DNA from: Paraspadella gotoi
Taxonomy: Eukaryota; Animalia; Chaetognatha
Direction of reading: 5' to 3'
Assembly: GCA_051294375.1 (NCBI GenBank)
Contig: CM119270.1
Span: 21,810,370 to 21,874,369, forward strand
DNA length: 64,000 bases
Positions 33,077-46,703 of the stretch are shown piece after piece. The position numbers and the translations under genes were made by a program. The notes below the pieces were generated by a model that did not search any database, was not told the DNA's origin, and saw only the letters and a program-made list of their open reading frames with translations. How positions within the stretch are numbered: position 1 is the first letter of the stretch; the number at the start of each line of letters is the position of its first letter.

Positions 33077-34291
33077 CTCTTCTTCGTCTCTCTTCTCTCT
33101 TCTCTCTCTCTTCTCTCTCTCTCTCTCCTTCTCTCTCTCTCTCACAAACCTTTTTTTTCTCATGTCAGCAGTTTCGTCCATTGAAATTTATCTCTGTCTG
33201 ATTTTCTGTGTCTCAGATTTTTTCCATTTTCCATTTCCTGTCATTATTTTTCTGTCATTATTTCTGTAATTATTTTTTGTAATTTTTTTTGTCATTATAT
33301 TCTGACACTATTTTTTGTCACTATTTCTGTCATTTTTTCCTCATCCTCTCGTTTTTTCTGTTTCTATCCCACTCTGTCNNNNNNNNNNNNNNNNNNNNNN
33401 NNNCCTTTTCTTTTCCTTTTTTCATTTCTTTTTTTCTCTTCTTTGCCTTCATACCTCTCCATTTCCCTTCACACCCTGTTTATCTTTTCTTTCTATCTCT
33501 CTTGTCTCTCCTTTCTTTCATTCAATTTTTTTGTTCTCTCTCTCTTCCTTTTTCTCTTTGGCGTTCCTTCGCTTCTCTCCTGTTTCATTCAAATTCTTTT
33601 TTTGTCTCTCTCTCTTCCTTTTTCTCTTGCCTTCCCTTTCTTTTTCCTTTCTTTTCTTCTTTCCTTTCTTTCCAAATATGAAGAAGGAAAAGATCTTTCT
33701 TATCAGATTTTGGTGTTCTTTCATATTCTCCTCCGGAGCGTCGATCTGAAAAAAAAAAAAATAATGGAATTTAATTGAACAAAAAAATTTAACTATTTTT
33801 TGTTTTTGGTTTATTTTAATACAAAATAGTTTAATCCTTAATCCTGTGTTGTCTGTCCCCCTCTTTTCTGTTTCTTGTCTTATTATCTTTTTTTAGTTCC
33901 CGCTCTCTCGTCTCTCGTCTCTCTCTCTCCTCTCTCTCTCTTCTCTCTCCCTCTCTCTCTCTCTTCTCGTCTCTCTCTCTTTTCTCTCTCTCTCTCCTCT
34001 GTTTCTTACTCCTAAATCTCATCTGTTGTCCTCTAACCTAAGTTTCGCTGTTTCCACTTCCATAATTTTTATGTTCTCTATCCACCGTCTTGTTTTTCTA
34101 TCCACGATCCTCGTTATTTTCTGTCCACCGTCCTTTGTTTTCTATCCCTATTTCACCAATCTTGTCCCCTTTTTTCACTCGGGCATCGAGATTTTCGCTT
34201 TTAACCGGATTGTTCCTTCGACCTAGTATTGACAGAATCGTAGGTTTCACTTCTATCGCGACTTTCTCTCCTCTCTCTCTCTCTCTCTTCG

Positions 34292-34325
<34 letters not shown>

Positions 34326-36360
34326 CTCTTCTTCGTCTCTCTTCTCTCTTCTCTCTCTCTTCTCTCTCTCTTCTCATCTATCTCTCTCTCTCTCACAAAC
34401 CTTTTTTTTCTCAATGTCAAAGCAGTTTCGAGAATCCAAATGTGAAAATTATCTACTTTTGGTACTTGTGAAAATAGGAGAGTTTGCTCTTGTCTCACGA
34501 TTTTTGTCCATATTTCCATTTCCTGTCTTATTATTTTGTTCTGTCATTATTTCTGTAATTATTTTTTGTAATTTTTTTTGTCATTATATTCTTGACACTA
34601 CTTTTTTGTTCACGTGGATTCTGTCATTTTTTGCCTCATCCATCTCTGTTTTTTTCTGTTTTCTATCCCACTCTGTCCTTTTGCTCTCTCTTCCCCCTCC
34701 TCTCCTCTCCCCTTCCTTCTCTCTCCCTCTCTCACTCTCCCGCCTCTCACTCTCTCCCCCTCTTTCTCTCCCCTTCCCCTTCTCCCTCTCTCCTCTCTCC
34801 CTCTCTCTCCCTCTCTCACCTTCTTGCTTCTCCAGTACCGTCTCTTGTCTTCCTTTTCTTCTTCCCTCACTCCCCGGATGTCGAAGAACTCCAAACCTGG
34901 AAATAACTGACAGGAAGCCCGGATGTTATAGGAATTCATGGTTGACCCAGGATGTAACTGATGTTGACCGGCTTTTCTAGAAGTGGCCGACTGAGGATCC
35001 CGAATGTTATTTGTATCCACTGATGTTCCCGGTTGTAACTGGATTTGGCCGCAGACTTCGGGAGAAGCCGACTGAGAACCCCGGATGTAATTGCAATCGG
35101 CTAAAAAACCCGCTTGTAACTGGAGTTGACTGGGAAGTCTGGAAGAGGCCGACTGAGAACCCCGGATGTAATTGAAAACGGGCGAAAAATCCGGATGTAA
35201 CTGGAGTTGGCCTGGATTCCAGAGTGAAGGGCAGAGGTTAGGGTCGGGCGGAGAGCGAGAGAGCGAGTCGCCGTCGAGAGAGAGCGAGTGGCCAGAGGAG
35301 GAGAGGGCGTCGCGATGGCGTCGCGAGAGAGAGACAGAGTCCGGAAGGATAGAGAGAGAGCGACGACCTTTGCTCTGTCGGTCGGCGTCGAAACGACGCC
35401 GGGCGTCGTCGTCGTCGGATTTTCTTCGCTGGAATTTAGATTGGGGCGCCAACTTCCTTATTGGCGCTGCAAACTCGTGGACCGGCGCGACTGGACCGCG
35501 GATCAGCACCGGAAGCTCAGCGAATTTCGGGGTCGGCGCCGGAAGTTGGTGCAANNNNNNNNNNGCGTAGGCGTAGATCGGCGCCGTGGAATCGGGATGA
35601 GGCGCTGAGTGTTCGACGATGGTTTTCGGAAAGTCTTGAATTGGCGACGCAAACTCGTAAATTGGCGCTGTGGAGCCATTCCTCATTGGCTCCGCAAAGT
35701 CTGGTATCGGCGCTGGAATATCTTTGATTGGCGCTGTGGAGCCAATCCTCATTGGCTCCGCAAAGTCTTGAATCGGCGCTGCAATGTCTTTGATTGGTGC
35801 TGTGGAGCCAATCCTCATTGGCTCCGCAAAGTCTGGTATCGGCGCTGGAATATCTTTGATTGGCGCTGTGGAGTCAATCCTCATTGGCGCTGCAATGTCT
35901 TGAATCGGCGCCGCAAATTCAAGGATCGGCGCCTCCGGTTTTGGAAAAGGCGCCGCGAATCCATAACAGAAATCTGGAGGAAATTGAAAGACGGTGTCTG
36001 AGGAGGAGGTGGGGGAGGAGGAAGAGGAGGAGGAGGGAGGAAGAAGGGGAGGGAGGGGGAGAGAGAGAAAGGAGGAAGAGGGGTGAGGAAGAGGAGCAGG
36101 AGCAGCAGAGAAAGAGGCAAATAGGGAGTGGAAGGAGTAGTTAAAAGAAAAGAAATAAAAAGAAAAAAAATATACAACAAAGTTAATTTTAAAACCAATT
36201 ATTAAACAAAGTAGAAAGGATAAAAATTCGGGAATCAAAAAGAAGAAAGGAAAAAGAAAGAATGAAAAAAGTAAGAATAAAAATAAGAAAGAATAAAAAA
36301 GAAAGAATAAAAAAAAGAAAGAATAAAAAAGAAAGAATAAAAAAGAAAGAAAAAAAAGAG
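31492..36360. repeat. Block A, directly duplicated at 51871-55600; contains internal tandem duplication 32185-33378 / 33404-34678 across a 25-N gap
   Basis: Colinear near-identity with small indels. Confidence 0.9.
34871..35997 (-). CDS. Internal exon (~375 aa) of unknown repeat protein: Ala-Pro heptad repeats and 27-aa QLQL..NYIRGSQSA repeats
   Basis: Acceptor CCTCCTCAG|AC and donor GGA|GTGAGG. The frame is open throughout (one 10-N gap). Repeat periods of 21/24/66/81 nt are all multiples of 3. Confidence 0.55.
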
Positions 36361-36746
36361 AGATCTCATACAGCATTTAAATGCTGTACTCAAAAACAAA
36401 TCATTTTTCTTTTCTTATTCTGCAGTTTTACTTCACGTCCTCTTTGTGGCGGCGGCTGGCCTCTCTCTCTTTATCAGGCCGTCCGTCATCATACTCTACA
36501 AAAAGTAGGTTTCTTTGTTTAGCTACAACATATTAATAAAAAAACACTTTTTCCTCAAACTAAGTAGCTTTTCGTTCAATTACAAATACAAAGACTTGTT
36601 ACAATTATTCGCTTTCTAACATCAACAAGAAAAAATATTAATTACACGCAATTTTATTCGTTACTAGAATTATTATTTATTAATAATTGTTAATTAGTCA
36701 CTTGGTAAACGTGAAAAAACCAAAAAATGAAGTGAAAAGAGAGAGA

Positions 36747-36806
<60 letters not shown>

Positions 36807-36957
36807 GAGAGAGAGCAAAGAGAGAAAAGAGGGAGAAAGAGAGCAATTCCCTGCCTTTTCTTTCTCTCGATTAGTTAATTAACTGGAGGTAGACATGCCT
36901 CCCCTTCGTCTCGCTTCCTGGCGAGGAAAAACTCGTTCTGCTCTCTCTCTCTCTACT

Positions 36958-37004
<47 letters not shown>

Positions 37005-37108
37005 TGACTCCCTGGGATCTCTGTCCCCTCTCGCCTTCTCGTGCGAGAAATGACAACGAGGGCTTGGGGAAGATGGGAAAGCAATGAAAGTGAAAGGGAG
37101 GAAAGGAT

Positions 37109-37141
<33 letters not shown>

Positions 37142-37544
37142 CTCTCTCTCTCCCTCTCTCTCTCTTCTCGTCCTCTCTCTCATCTCTCAAAAGCCTTTCT
37201 TCCGTTTTCCGTTGAAATTGAATTTTCCTCTTAATTTCGGTCATGAAAAAGAAACGAATCGAACGAGAGAGAGAGAAGAGAGAGAGGAGAAGACGAGAGA
37301 GAGTGAGAGGAGAGAGCATAATGTTCTTCTTTTTATTTATTATTATCTCATTAAAGTATGACATTATAGCTTCTTTCGCTAGTTGACAAGAAATAAACTT
37401 TAAAAAATTTAAGACCCGATTTTAGTAATTTAAACAGAAATTTGGCCACTATTTTCGGAATGCGTGTCCCATTTCTGTTCTAAGCCCTGGATGTAATGTA
37501 TGTTTAATTTGTATAATTTGTAAAACGGTAATTTTGGTAAAATA

Positions 37545-38085
37545 TGGAGTTGGGCATTGCATACAGTTTCACCCCGCTTATAAACATGACGCACTTCACA
37601 TCGCAAGCACCGTGGCTATTACTAAAATCTTCAGCTCATGACCGTCGAGGTACCCGGTCTCGATCCAACCCGCTTACCTATCCTTTGGTTGACCGTGTTA
37701 GGGACGACCGTTAAACCACGTATGGGGGCGTGAATAACCTTCAAAGCATGGTTCTATGGTGGACTAAAACCAACCAACCGTTCTATCAGCGGCCATTGGT
37801 GCCGGAGGCAAGTCATTCGGCCTCCCATAATCCAAAGGTAGCGCAACTCAAACCAAAAGCCCTGTAGTCGCTTAGCATTAAGGGGACGGCGGCGCTTAAC
37901 CCGCATGTAAACACGGTGTTACAACCTGATCCGAAGCTTCAGGGACTGCTTTAATTGAACTGGTTTTGTCACATAACACAAACAATAGATTACTGTCTCT
38001 TCAGTTCCAACCCCAGATCCGTTCCATGACTGCTAGAGGGGGTTAAAGAAGTTGCGGAGATCACTTAGCGCCTTATCTATAAATA
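37545..38085 (+). mobile_element. tRNA(Met)-like SINE-type element, long form (duplicate of 61915-62434)
   Basis: Reverse complement of 61915-62434 with indels. Confidence 0.65.
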
Positions 38086-39786
38086 TTATAATCTCAAATA
38101 TACCCGACATTTTTTATGACGCAATTTGAAAATTTACGATGTCCACAAAAGATGACTTTGAGCGCCAATGAGTAATGGGCAGCGATTCTTTGGCGTCCAC
38201 TTCGCGATACGGACACGGGTACGTGCAAAGGAAATATAATCAGTATAAATGAGGTATCAGATTGACAATCCTAATGCGCGACGTGAAACTCTTACCTTTC
38301 GTGGGGCGTCGAATTTTGATTCTAGTTTTTTGAAAAACTTTTTTTGTTTTGTGTTTTATCAAAAAAAGTAAAAAAAAAAGTTTTTGTTTGGGTTTTATCA
38401 AAAAAAGTAAGAAAAAAAACTGTTTTTCGACAAAATAATGGAAATGTTTAAACTTTAAAAGAATATGATATTGAGTGGTTCACGGTTCAAAAATAATGAA
38501 AAAAAAATACTGTCTCTACTAAATTGGTAATTGAATAAGAAATTCAGGCTTTGGAGGTTTCATATTATAGCAAGCTTTTAACTAATTTAAGCTAGGATAA
38601 TTCTGAGATTCGGTTACAAACTTATTTATTTGCTCATAAAACTAATTAAAACCTATAATTTGTAACTTAGATAATTAAGCATCTTCTTTCGTTGCTAAAG
38701 TCGTTAATTAAACAAAAAATATTCGTTGTAGTGTTACAAATTAAACGGTCCTGACGATATCGTAACCGCGATGTCAAAGCAAATTTCATTTCTAAAAGAA
38801 GAAAAATTTCTCTGGCGTTCGAAAATGACGAAAGAGAAAGAAAGATTAATATTTAAATAATTCAGTTAAAAATTCGAGGCTGATATTAAATTCTTGGTTA
38901 TGCAATTTAAGAAGGAAGGCAGGAGAAGAGAGAGATGAGGGAGAGTCGAGAGAGAGAGAGAGAAGAGAGAGAAGAGAGAGTCGGAACTATTAACTAAAAA
39001 TATATAACCCTCAAAAAGAAATAAAATTTTCAAATAAAAATTTTCGTGTTTTGAAAAAAAAAAAAAGCATTTCGAGGTATAACTTTTTTACTGGAAAAAA
39101 CAAAAAAAAACGAAAAAAAGGGAAAAAATCGTATTTCTGAGAAATAAGGTCAAAAAGAACGATGAGAAAATTTTTTTTTTCTTCTTTGAAAAAAAAATAT
39201 TCCTTCTTTTTTTATCTCTGCGCGAGAAAATTTTTGATGTCAGCATTTTTAAAATTTTAAAAGATGGGTAGTTGCTTCAGTACGGGAAAAAAACAAGCAT
39301 GATAAGATGCTTCGGGGCTTGGATATTGAATAATTATAAAGAGCGGTTGGCTTGTTGAGTCATTAACCTATTTGTTAATTGTTATGTATGTATACAATAA
39401 TCAAGGCTTCACTAACTAAAATATTAGTTAGTCATTAAATCGGAAGGCTTAACATTACGGTTTCTTTCTGTCTGTTTGATTTAAATTTTATTTTATCGCG
39501 AGGCGGTGTACAAGGTTATCGTGATTACACCGAGTTAGTATTTTAATTTAAGATGTCTTGTAGACTGAGAACTTGCTAAGACATAAGTTGTACTCGTGAT
39601 GATCTGACCCCGTCTAGATACGATCAAACGAATATAAAAGTCAATGAGCGAAACTCAGTTCCATGTTTAGTTATTTGCGAGAAAAAAGGAATAAAACAAA
39701 TAAAAATGAGGAACGCGACATGTATATCACGAACAAACGAGAGAGCATCTCTCTCCCTCTCCCTTCCCTACTCCCTCTCCCTTCTC

Positions 39787-39881
<95 letters not shown>

Positions 39882-40360
39882 CCTCTCTCTCTTCGCAAAC
39901 AAACAAAACAAAAAGGATTTATTGGTTTTTTTTTCGTTATCGTCAATTTCACGTGAACATAGGAGGCCACTTATGTTGCCACCCAAATCACCACACGATT
40001 CACTAGGCAGAAATGCCCACTCGAGATACAAGAACTCAAAACTGTTTTTAGTTGAAAAATAATTGTAATTAAAGAAAATTGTAAAAAATCACAATGGATT
40101 AATGTGTGCTCCATCATCGTCAACGCACATGCGCCCACTGATTATTGTCAGTGCCACCGCTTTGTCGGACGATGTCACAGCACCGCATCGCTTTTGGCCC
40201 TTGTCGCCATATTGTCCTCGTTGTGCTCGTCACACGTACCGCGTCACGTACTCAGTGACAGCACCGCGCGCTACGCTGCATTCTCTGCTTCGTTTTTAAT
40301 ATTCGAAATTCACGACAAAATAATCCTTTTACTTAATTTCCCGTCTTAATGCTCTCTCAC

Positions 40361-40465
<105 letters not shown>

Positions 40466-40781
40466 CTCTCCTACTCTCTCTCTCTCTCTCTCTCTCTTCA
40501 TTTCCTTTTTTCAAAGAAGCTTCATATGGAGGAGGGAAAAGCAAGAGAACTCTCGCATCGACGGAAGGTCGCGATGAATATTTATAATACACAGTGATTT
40601 AAATTTAAATGTAACTACTAATTTAAATACTATAGAGTATAATAAACATTAAATATAGAAGTGATGAAGGAAAGAGCTCGAGCTTGGGCCTAACTAGGAT
40701 GTCAGTGTTTCAATTACCAAAGGATTAATTTTTTAGTCATGGGGAGAGAGAGAGAGAGAGAAGGAGGAGAGAGAGAGAGAG

Positions 40782-40895
<114 letters not shown>

Positions 40896-41105
40896 ATTTA
40901 TATATATTTTAAAAACATAATTTTATTTTTATACATCACGGCTTTTGTTAAATGCGAAGATTTAAAAGCGTCTGTTACTCAACTGGAATCATATTTACTT
41001 TCTCCGACAACAACAACAAAAACAACAACACCTTCATCTCGATGCATCGAACTTCGATGGAAAACAAGAAAATAAAATGAAAGAAGACGACGAAGAATTA
41101 GGTGC

Positions 41106-41186
<81 letters not shown>

Positions 41187-41255
41187 TTCTCTCTTTCTCT
41201 CTCTCTCTTTCTCACACACACATTGACGAGTCAACTTTAAATTTTAAACCATCAG

Positions 41256-41434
41256 AACGAGAACATTTTCTCAAAACCTTTCCACGCCGCTGCCGCCGCC
41301 GCCGCGCACCGGCGCCACTGCCGCCCGCCGTCCTTTCCTCAGCGCCGCTCGTCGCGTCATCCGCGCCGAAAAACCGGAGGTGACGTCGACGCCCTCTCGG
41401 GATCAGTGGGCTTGTGGCTCTGACGCCGGTGGCA

Positions 41435-41471
<37 letters not shown>

Positions 41472-42100
41472 TGACAAAGTGTGACGCGAATCGCGACGAA
41501 AAAGAAGAATTCATTTATTATTTGTTGGACGACAGACAAGAAAGAAGAGAACAACAACAACAACAACGAGGAGGAGAGGAGGAGGAGGAGGAGCAGGACG
41601 ACGACGACACAATGAAGGACGAACAGATGCGTTGGAAGAGACACGTTGATATGGAAGGGAACCGTGGCAGATGCGTGGGAGGAAACCGTGGCAGATGCGA
41701 AACCGGACGTTACAATGATGAATGTCGACGTGACAGAGTTTAATCATGACGAGACAGTGATAGAGAAAGACGTGACAAAGAAAAACAAGCGCGTGACAAT
41801 GAAGAATGAGAACGTGGCACCGCCTCGTAGCCTAAAAGTGACAATGAAGAATGGAGTTGATTGTGGCAGAAGACAAAAAGTTGGAGACGAAGAAAACTCA
41901 ACATGGAAACGACGACGACGACGACGACGATAACGATGACGATAATTATCGAAAAGAGAATATCCCCGATTCGTTATCCCTTTTCAACACGTGTTCTCCA
42001 TTCTGCCAAACCTAACTTTAAAAGTGATCGTTTCTTGTCTACATCAACATCAATATCACGTACAACATCATGATGAGTATTTCAATCGATGAGGGAAAAG

Positions 42101-42135
<35 letters not shown>

Positions 42136-42210
42136 ACAACAACAACAACCACAGCGTCTCCTAACCTCGAATCTCTCCGCAGTGGATTTCTCCCAATAAT
42201 ATTTTTCCAG
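41256..42210 (+). CDS. Candidate ~950-nt low-complexity exon (poly-A/T/Q/E/D; ..KCDANRDEKEEFIYYLLD..WKGTVADAWEETVADAKPDVT..); frameshifted in this copy
   Basis: GC-rich island starting at CCATCAG| and ending at a GTATG donor. The copy at 44033-44989(-) reads open for >280 codons. Confidence 0.45.
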
Positions 42211-42235
42211 TATGGTTAGGGCGATTAAAGAGAGA

Positions 42236-42315
<80 letters not shown>

Positions 42316-42406
42316 TCTATCAAATAATGGTCTATTCTTTTCCTTGACATCGATTTTTGATTGAATTCCGTTTAAAAATCTCTCTCTCTCTCTCTCTCTC
42401 GCTCTC

Positions 42407-42476
<70 letters not shown>

Positions 42477-44032
42477 TGTCTTCCCTTTCCCTTCTTCTTC
42501 TTCTCCTCCCTCCTCTCCTCCTCTTCCTCCCTCCCTTCCTCCACCTCCCCCCTTCCTCTCAATCCTCCCTTTTCCTCTCCTGCTCCTCCTCTTCCTCCCT
42601 CTTCCTTCCTTTCTTCTCCTTCTTTTCCTCCTTTCTTCCCTTTTCTTCTCCTCCTCCTCTTCCCTCTCCTTCTCCTCCTCCATCTCCTCCTCCTCTTTCC
42701 CTATCTTTCACTCTCCCTTCCTCTGCTTCCCTTCCTTTTTTCTCCTACCCTTCCACTTCCTCCCTTCGCCCTCCTCCTCCTTCCACCTCCCTCCCCTTTT
42801 TTACTCCTCCTCCTGCTCTTCTTTTCTTCTCCTCCTCCTCCTCCCCCTTCCTTCCCTTCTTCTCCTCCTCGGCCCTCTCCTCCTCTTTCTTCCTCCTTCC
42901 TCTTCTTATCCTCTTCCTCCTCCTCTTCCCTTAATTTTTTCTCCTCTTCCTCATCCCCCTCCCCCCTTTTCCTCCTCCTCCCCCTTCTCCTCCTCCTTCT
43001 CTCCCTTCTCCTCCTCCTCCTCCCCTTCCTCCCCTTCTTCTCCTCCAATATCTCTCGCTTCTTGATTTTCAATTATTTTTTTTCTCCGTCAAATTTCATC
43101 GCTTTTTTATTCTTTCTTTTTTTTATTCTTTCTTTTTTTTTATTCTTTCTTTCTTTTATTCTTTTTTTATTCTTCCTTTTTCTTATTCTTTCTTTTTTAT
43201 TCTTTCTTGTTTTATTCTTTCTTTTTTTTTATCTCTTTTTTTATTCTTTTTTTTATTCTTTCTTTTTTTTTATTCTTCTCTTTTTTTTATTCTTTCTTTT
43301 TTTATTCTTCCTTTTTTCTTATTCTTTCTTTTTATTCTTTCTTGTTTTATTCTTTCTTTTTTATTCTCTCTTTTTTATTCTTTCTTTTTTTATTCTTTCT
43401 TTTTTTATTCTTTCTTTTCTTATTCTTCCTTTTTTCTTATTCTTTCTTTTTATTCTTTCTTGTTTATTCTTTCTTTTTTATTCTCTCTTTTTTATTTTTT
43501 TTTTTCTTTCTTTTTTTTTATTTTTATTTTTTTATTCTTTCTTTTTTTATTCTTCCTTTTTTCTTATTCTTTTCTTTTTTATTCTTTTTTTGTTTTATTT
43601 CTTTCCTGGGAAGATGGGTATCTAGCTAAAGGTAGGATACTAACTAGTCTTCCTCATCGACGGGGAAAAGAGGTAAGTAGGGTAAGTATGTAATGGTGAT
43701 AGGAAAAACAGATATAAACAAAGGGTATCAAGGGTACATAAAAGGGAGAGAAGGGAGAGGGAAGGTTTGCAAAAACCCGAGACGAGAGAGAAGTGAGCTA
43801 AGTGAGTCCGGATCTCCAAGACTCTATCCGCGACTCCCGGGATGAAGAGGAGGGACGACGAGGGGAGGAGGAGGCGTTGAGAGGGGGAAGAGAAGGCCCG
43901 GGGGAGAGAGAGGTTCTGGCGGTAGGGTGAGCCTCTATCTTGCTTTCTTTTTTTTATTCTCTCTTTTTATTCTATTTTTATTCTTTCTTTTTTTTATTCT
44001 TTNNNNNNNNNNNNNNNNNNNNNNNNNCATAC

Positions 44033-44106
44033 CTGGAAAAATATTATTGGAGAGAAATCCACTGCGGAGAGATTCGAGGTTAGGAGACGCTGTGGTTGTT
44101 GTTGTT

Positions 44107-44142
<36 letters not shown>

Positions 44143-44989
44143 CTTTTCCCCTCATCGAATTGAAATACTCCATCATGATGTTGTACGTGATATTGATGTT
44201 GATGTAGACAAGGATAACGATCACTTTTAAAGTTAGGTTTGCAAGAATGGAGAACACGTGTTGAAAAGGGATAACGAATCGGGGATATTCTCTTTCGATA
44301 ATTATCGTCATCGTTATCGTCGTCGTCGTCGTCGTCGTTTCCATTGTTGAGTTTTCTTCGTCTCCAAACTTTTTGTCTTCTGCCACAATCAACTCCATTC
44401 TTCATTGTCACGTTTAGGCTACGAGGCGGTGCCACGTTCTCATTCTTCATTGTCACGCGCTTGTTTTTCTTTGTCACGTCTTTCTCTATCACTGTCTCGT
44501 CATGATTAAACTCTGTCACGTCGACATTCATCATTGTAACGTCCGGTTTCGCATCTGCCACGGTTTCCTCCCACGCATCTGCCACGGTTCCCTTCCATAT
44601 CAACGTGTCTCTTCCCAACGAATCTGTTCGTCCTTCATTGTGTCGTCGTCGTCCTGCTCCTCCTCCTCCTCCTCCTCCTCCTCGTTGTTGTTGTTGTTGT
44701 TCTCTTCTTCTCTTGTCTTCGTCCAACAAATAATAAATGAATTCTTCTTTTTCGTCGCGATTCGCGTCACACTTTGTCATCGTCGTCGTCGTCATGGTCG
44801 TCGTCGTCATCGTCGTCGCTGCCACCGGCGTCAGAGCCACGCCCACTGATCCCCGAGAGGGCGTCGACGTCACCTCCGGTTTTTCGGCGCGGATGACCGA
44901 CGAGCGGCGCTGGAGGAAAGGACGGCGGGCGGCAGTGGCGCCGGTGGCAGCGGCGGCGGCGGCAGCGGCGTGGAAAGGTTTTGAGAAAT
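44033..44989 (-). CDS. Second copy of the same low-complexity exon (best-preserved frame; 5' end cut by gap)
   Basis: Covered by ORF 43935-44873. Ends TTTCCAG|GTATG. Bounded by 25-N gaps on both sides. Confidence 0.45.
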
Positions 44990-45729
44990 NNNNNNNNNNN
45001 NNNNNNNNNNNNNNAAATCTGCAATGAAAAGTTTCGTTTATTTAAAGTTTTTGTCTCACGTTATTGCACCCGCCACCGCTCCCAACGCAGCGCCCCCCCC
45101 GGCTCCCCGTCCCCCGCCGCCTCGACTTTTTTTCCGGTGTTTTCCTGCTTTTTTCGCTCTCGACGATGTCCGCGAAAACGAACCGACAAAGTTGTCTTTG
45201 TCGTCTGAACTCGGCCAACCTTTCACAAGCGCCATGCAGCCAAAAGCACCCCCGTCATTATTTCGCTTTTTCGCTTTCCGCTCTCCGGTCCGCCGCAATT
45301 TTCATTCGCCCATCGCCCACCCTGCCGATTTTTCTCGTCTTGATTGCTGCGCTGCCCCTCGTTTCGGCCATTCGCCTGCCCATTTCGCCATTTGTCTGTT
45401 GTTTGCATTGTTCTGGGCCCGTCTCCTCGAGTTTGTTTATTTTTTATATTCTGTTTCTTTCTTTTGTCCCTTTGTCGCGCCGTGTTTCGCCGCTCTCGCC
45501 ATATTAGTCGGATTTATTTCAGGCGGGGCCATGTCCATTCCAGTCGCTATCGCCGTCCGCCCCATGCTTATTTGTCTCCTCGATTATTGATTTTGTTGTG
45601 TTCCTTCCCAGTGTTCTCTCGCCCGTTAGATGGGTTGTTTTGCTCCCCTTCCCTCCTCCCTGGTTTCACTAAGTACACCGCCTGGCCGACTGTCGCCGGC
45701 GCGTCCGGTTCACCGTACGAAGGTGACGC

Positions 45730-45839
45730 ACAGCACCGGCGCGCTTACGCTGCATTCTGTCTCGGTTCTGATTTTAAATATTCGAAATTCACGACAAAAT
45801 AATCCTTTTACTTAATTTCCCGTCTTAATGCTCTCTCAC

Positions 45840-45874
<35 letters not shown>

Positions 45875-45886
45875 TCTCTGTCTGTC

Positions 45887-45944
<58 letters not shown>

Positions 45945-46277
45945 CCTCTCTCTCTCTTCTCTCTCTCTCTCTCTTCATTTCCTTTTTTCAAAGAAGCTTC
46001 AATGGAGATATGAGGAGGGAAAAGCAAGAGAACTCTCGCATCGACGGAAAGGTCGCAGAGGTCGCGATGAATATTTATAATATCACAGTGATTTAAATTT
46101 AAATGTAACTACTAATTTAAATACTATAGAGTATAGTAAACATTAATATAATAGTAAGTGATGAAGGAAAGAGCTCGAGGCTTGGGCCTAACTAGGATGT
46201 CAGGTGTTTCAATTACCAAAGATTAATTTTTTAGTCATGTGAAGGGAGAGAGGAGGGAGAGAGAGGAGAGAGAGAAG

Positions 46278-46315
<38 letters not shown>

Positions 46316-46621
46316 AGAGATAGAGAGAGGAGAGAGATAGAGAGAGAGAGAGAGGAGAGAGAGGAGGAGAGAGAGAGACGAGAGGAGAGAGAGAGATTAT
46401 TTATATATATTTTAAAAATAAATTTTATTTTTATACATTCACGGCTTTTGTTAAATGCGAAGATTTTAAAAGCGTCTGTGTACTCAACTGGGAATCATAT
46501 TTACTTTCTCCGACAAAGACAACAAAAACAACAACACCTTCATCTCGATGCATCGAACTTCGATTGAAAACAAGAAAATAAAATAAAGAAGACGACGAAG
46601 AATTAGGTGCGCTTTCTTCTC

Positions 46622-46703
<82 letters not shown>

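Noticed and set aside
41545-41600. CAACAACAACGAGGAGGAG resembling a PacBio hairpin adapter
   Set aside because: It is present at the same place in three copies of the exon as poly-Gln/Glu microsatellites, and it lacks the adapter's ATCTCTCTC stem.
45015-45730. Apparently unique GC-rich segment with 150-190 aa ORFs (also 55850-56450)
   Set aside because: No recognisable protein, and it sits next to a 25-N gap or between duplicates. 56230-56450 is a garbled copy of 43605-43940, so low-quality read sequence is likely.
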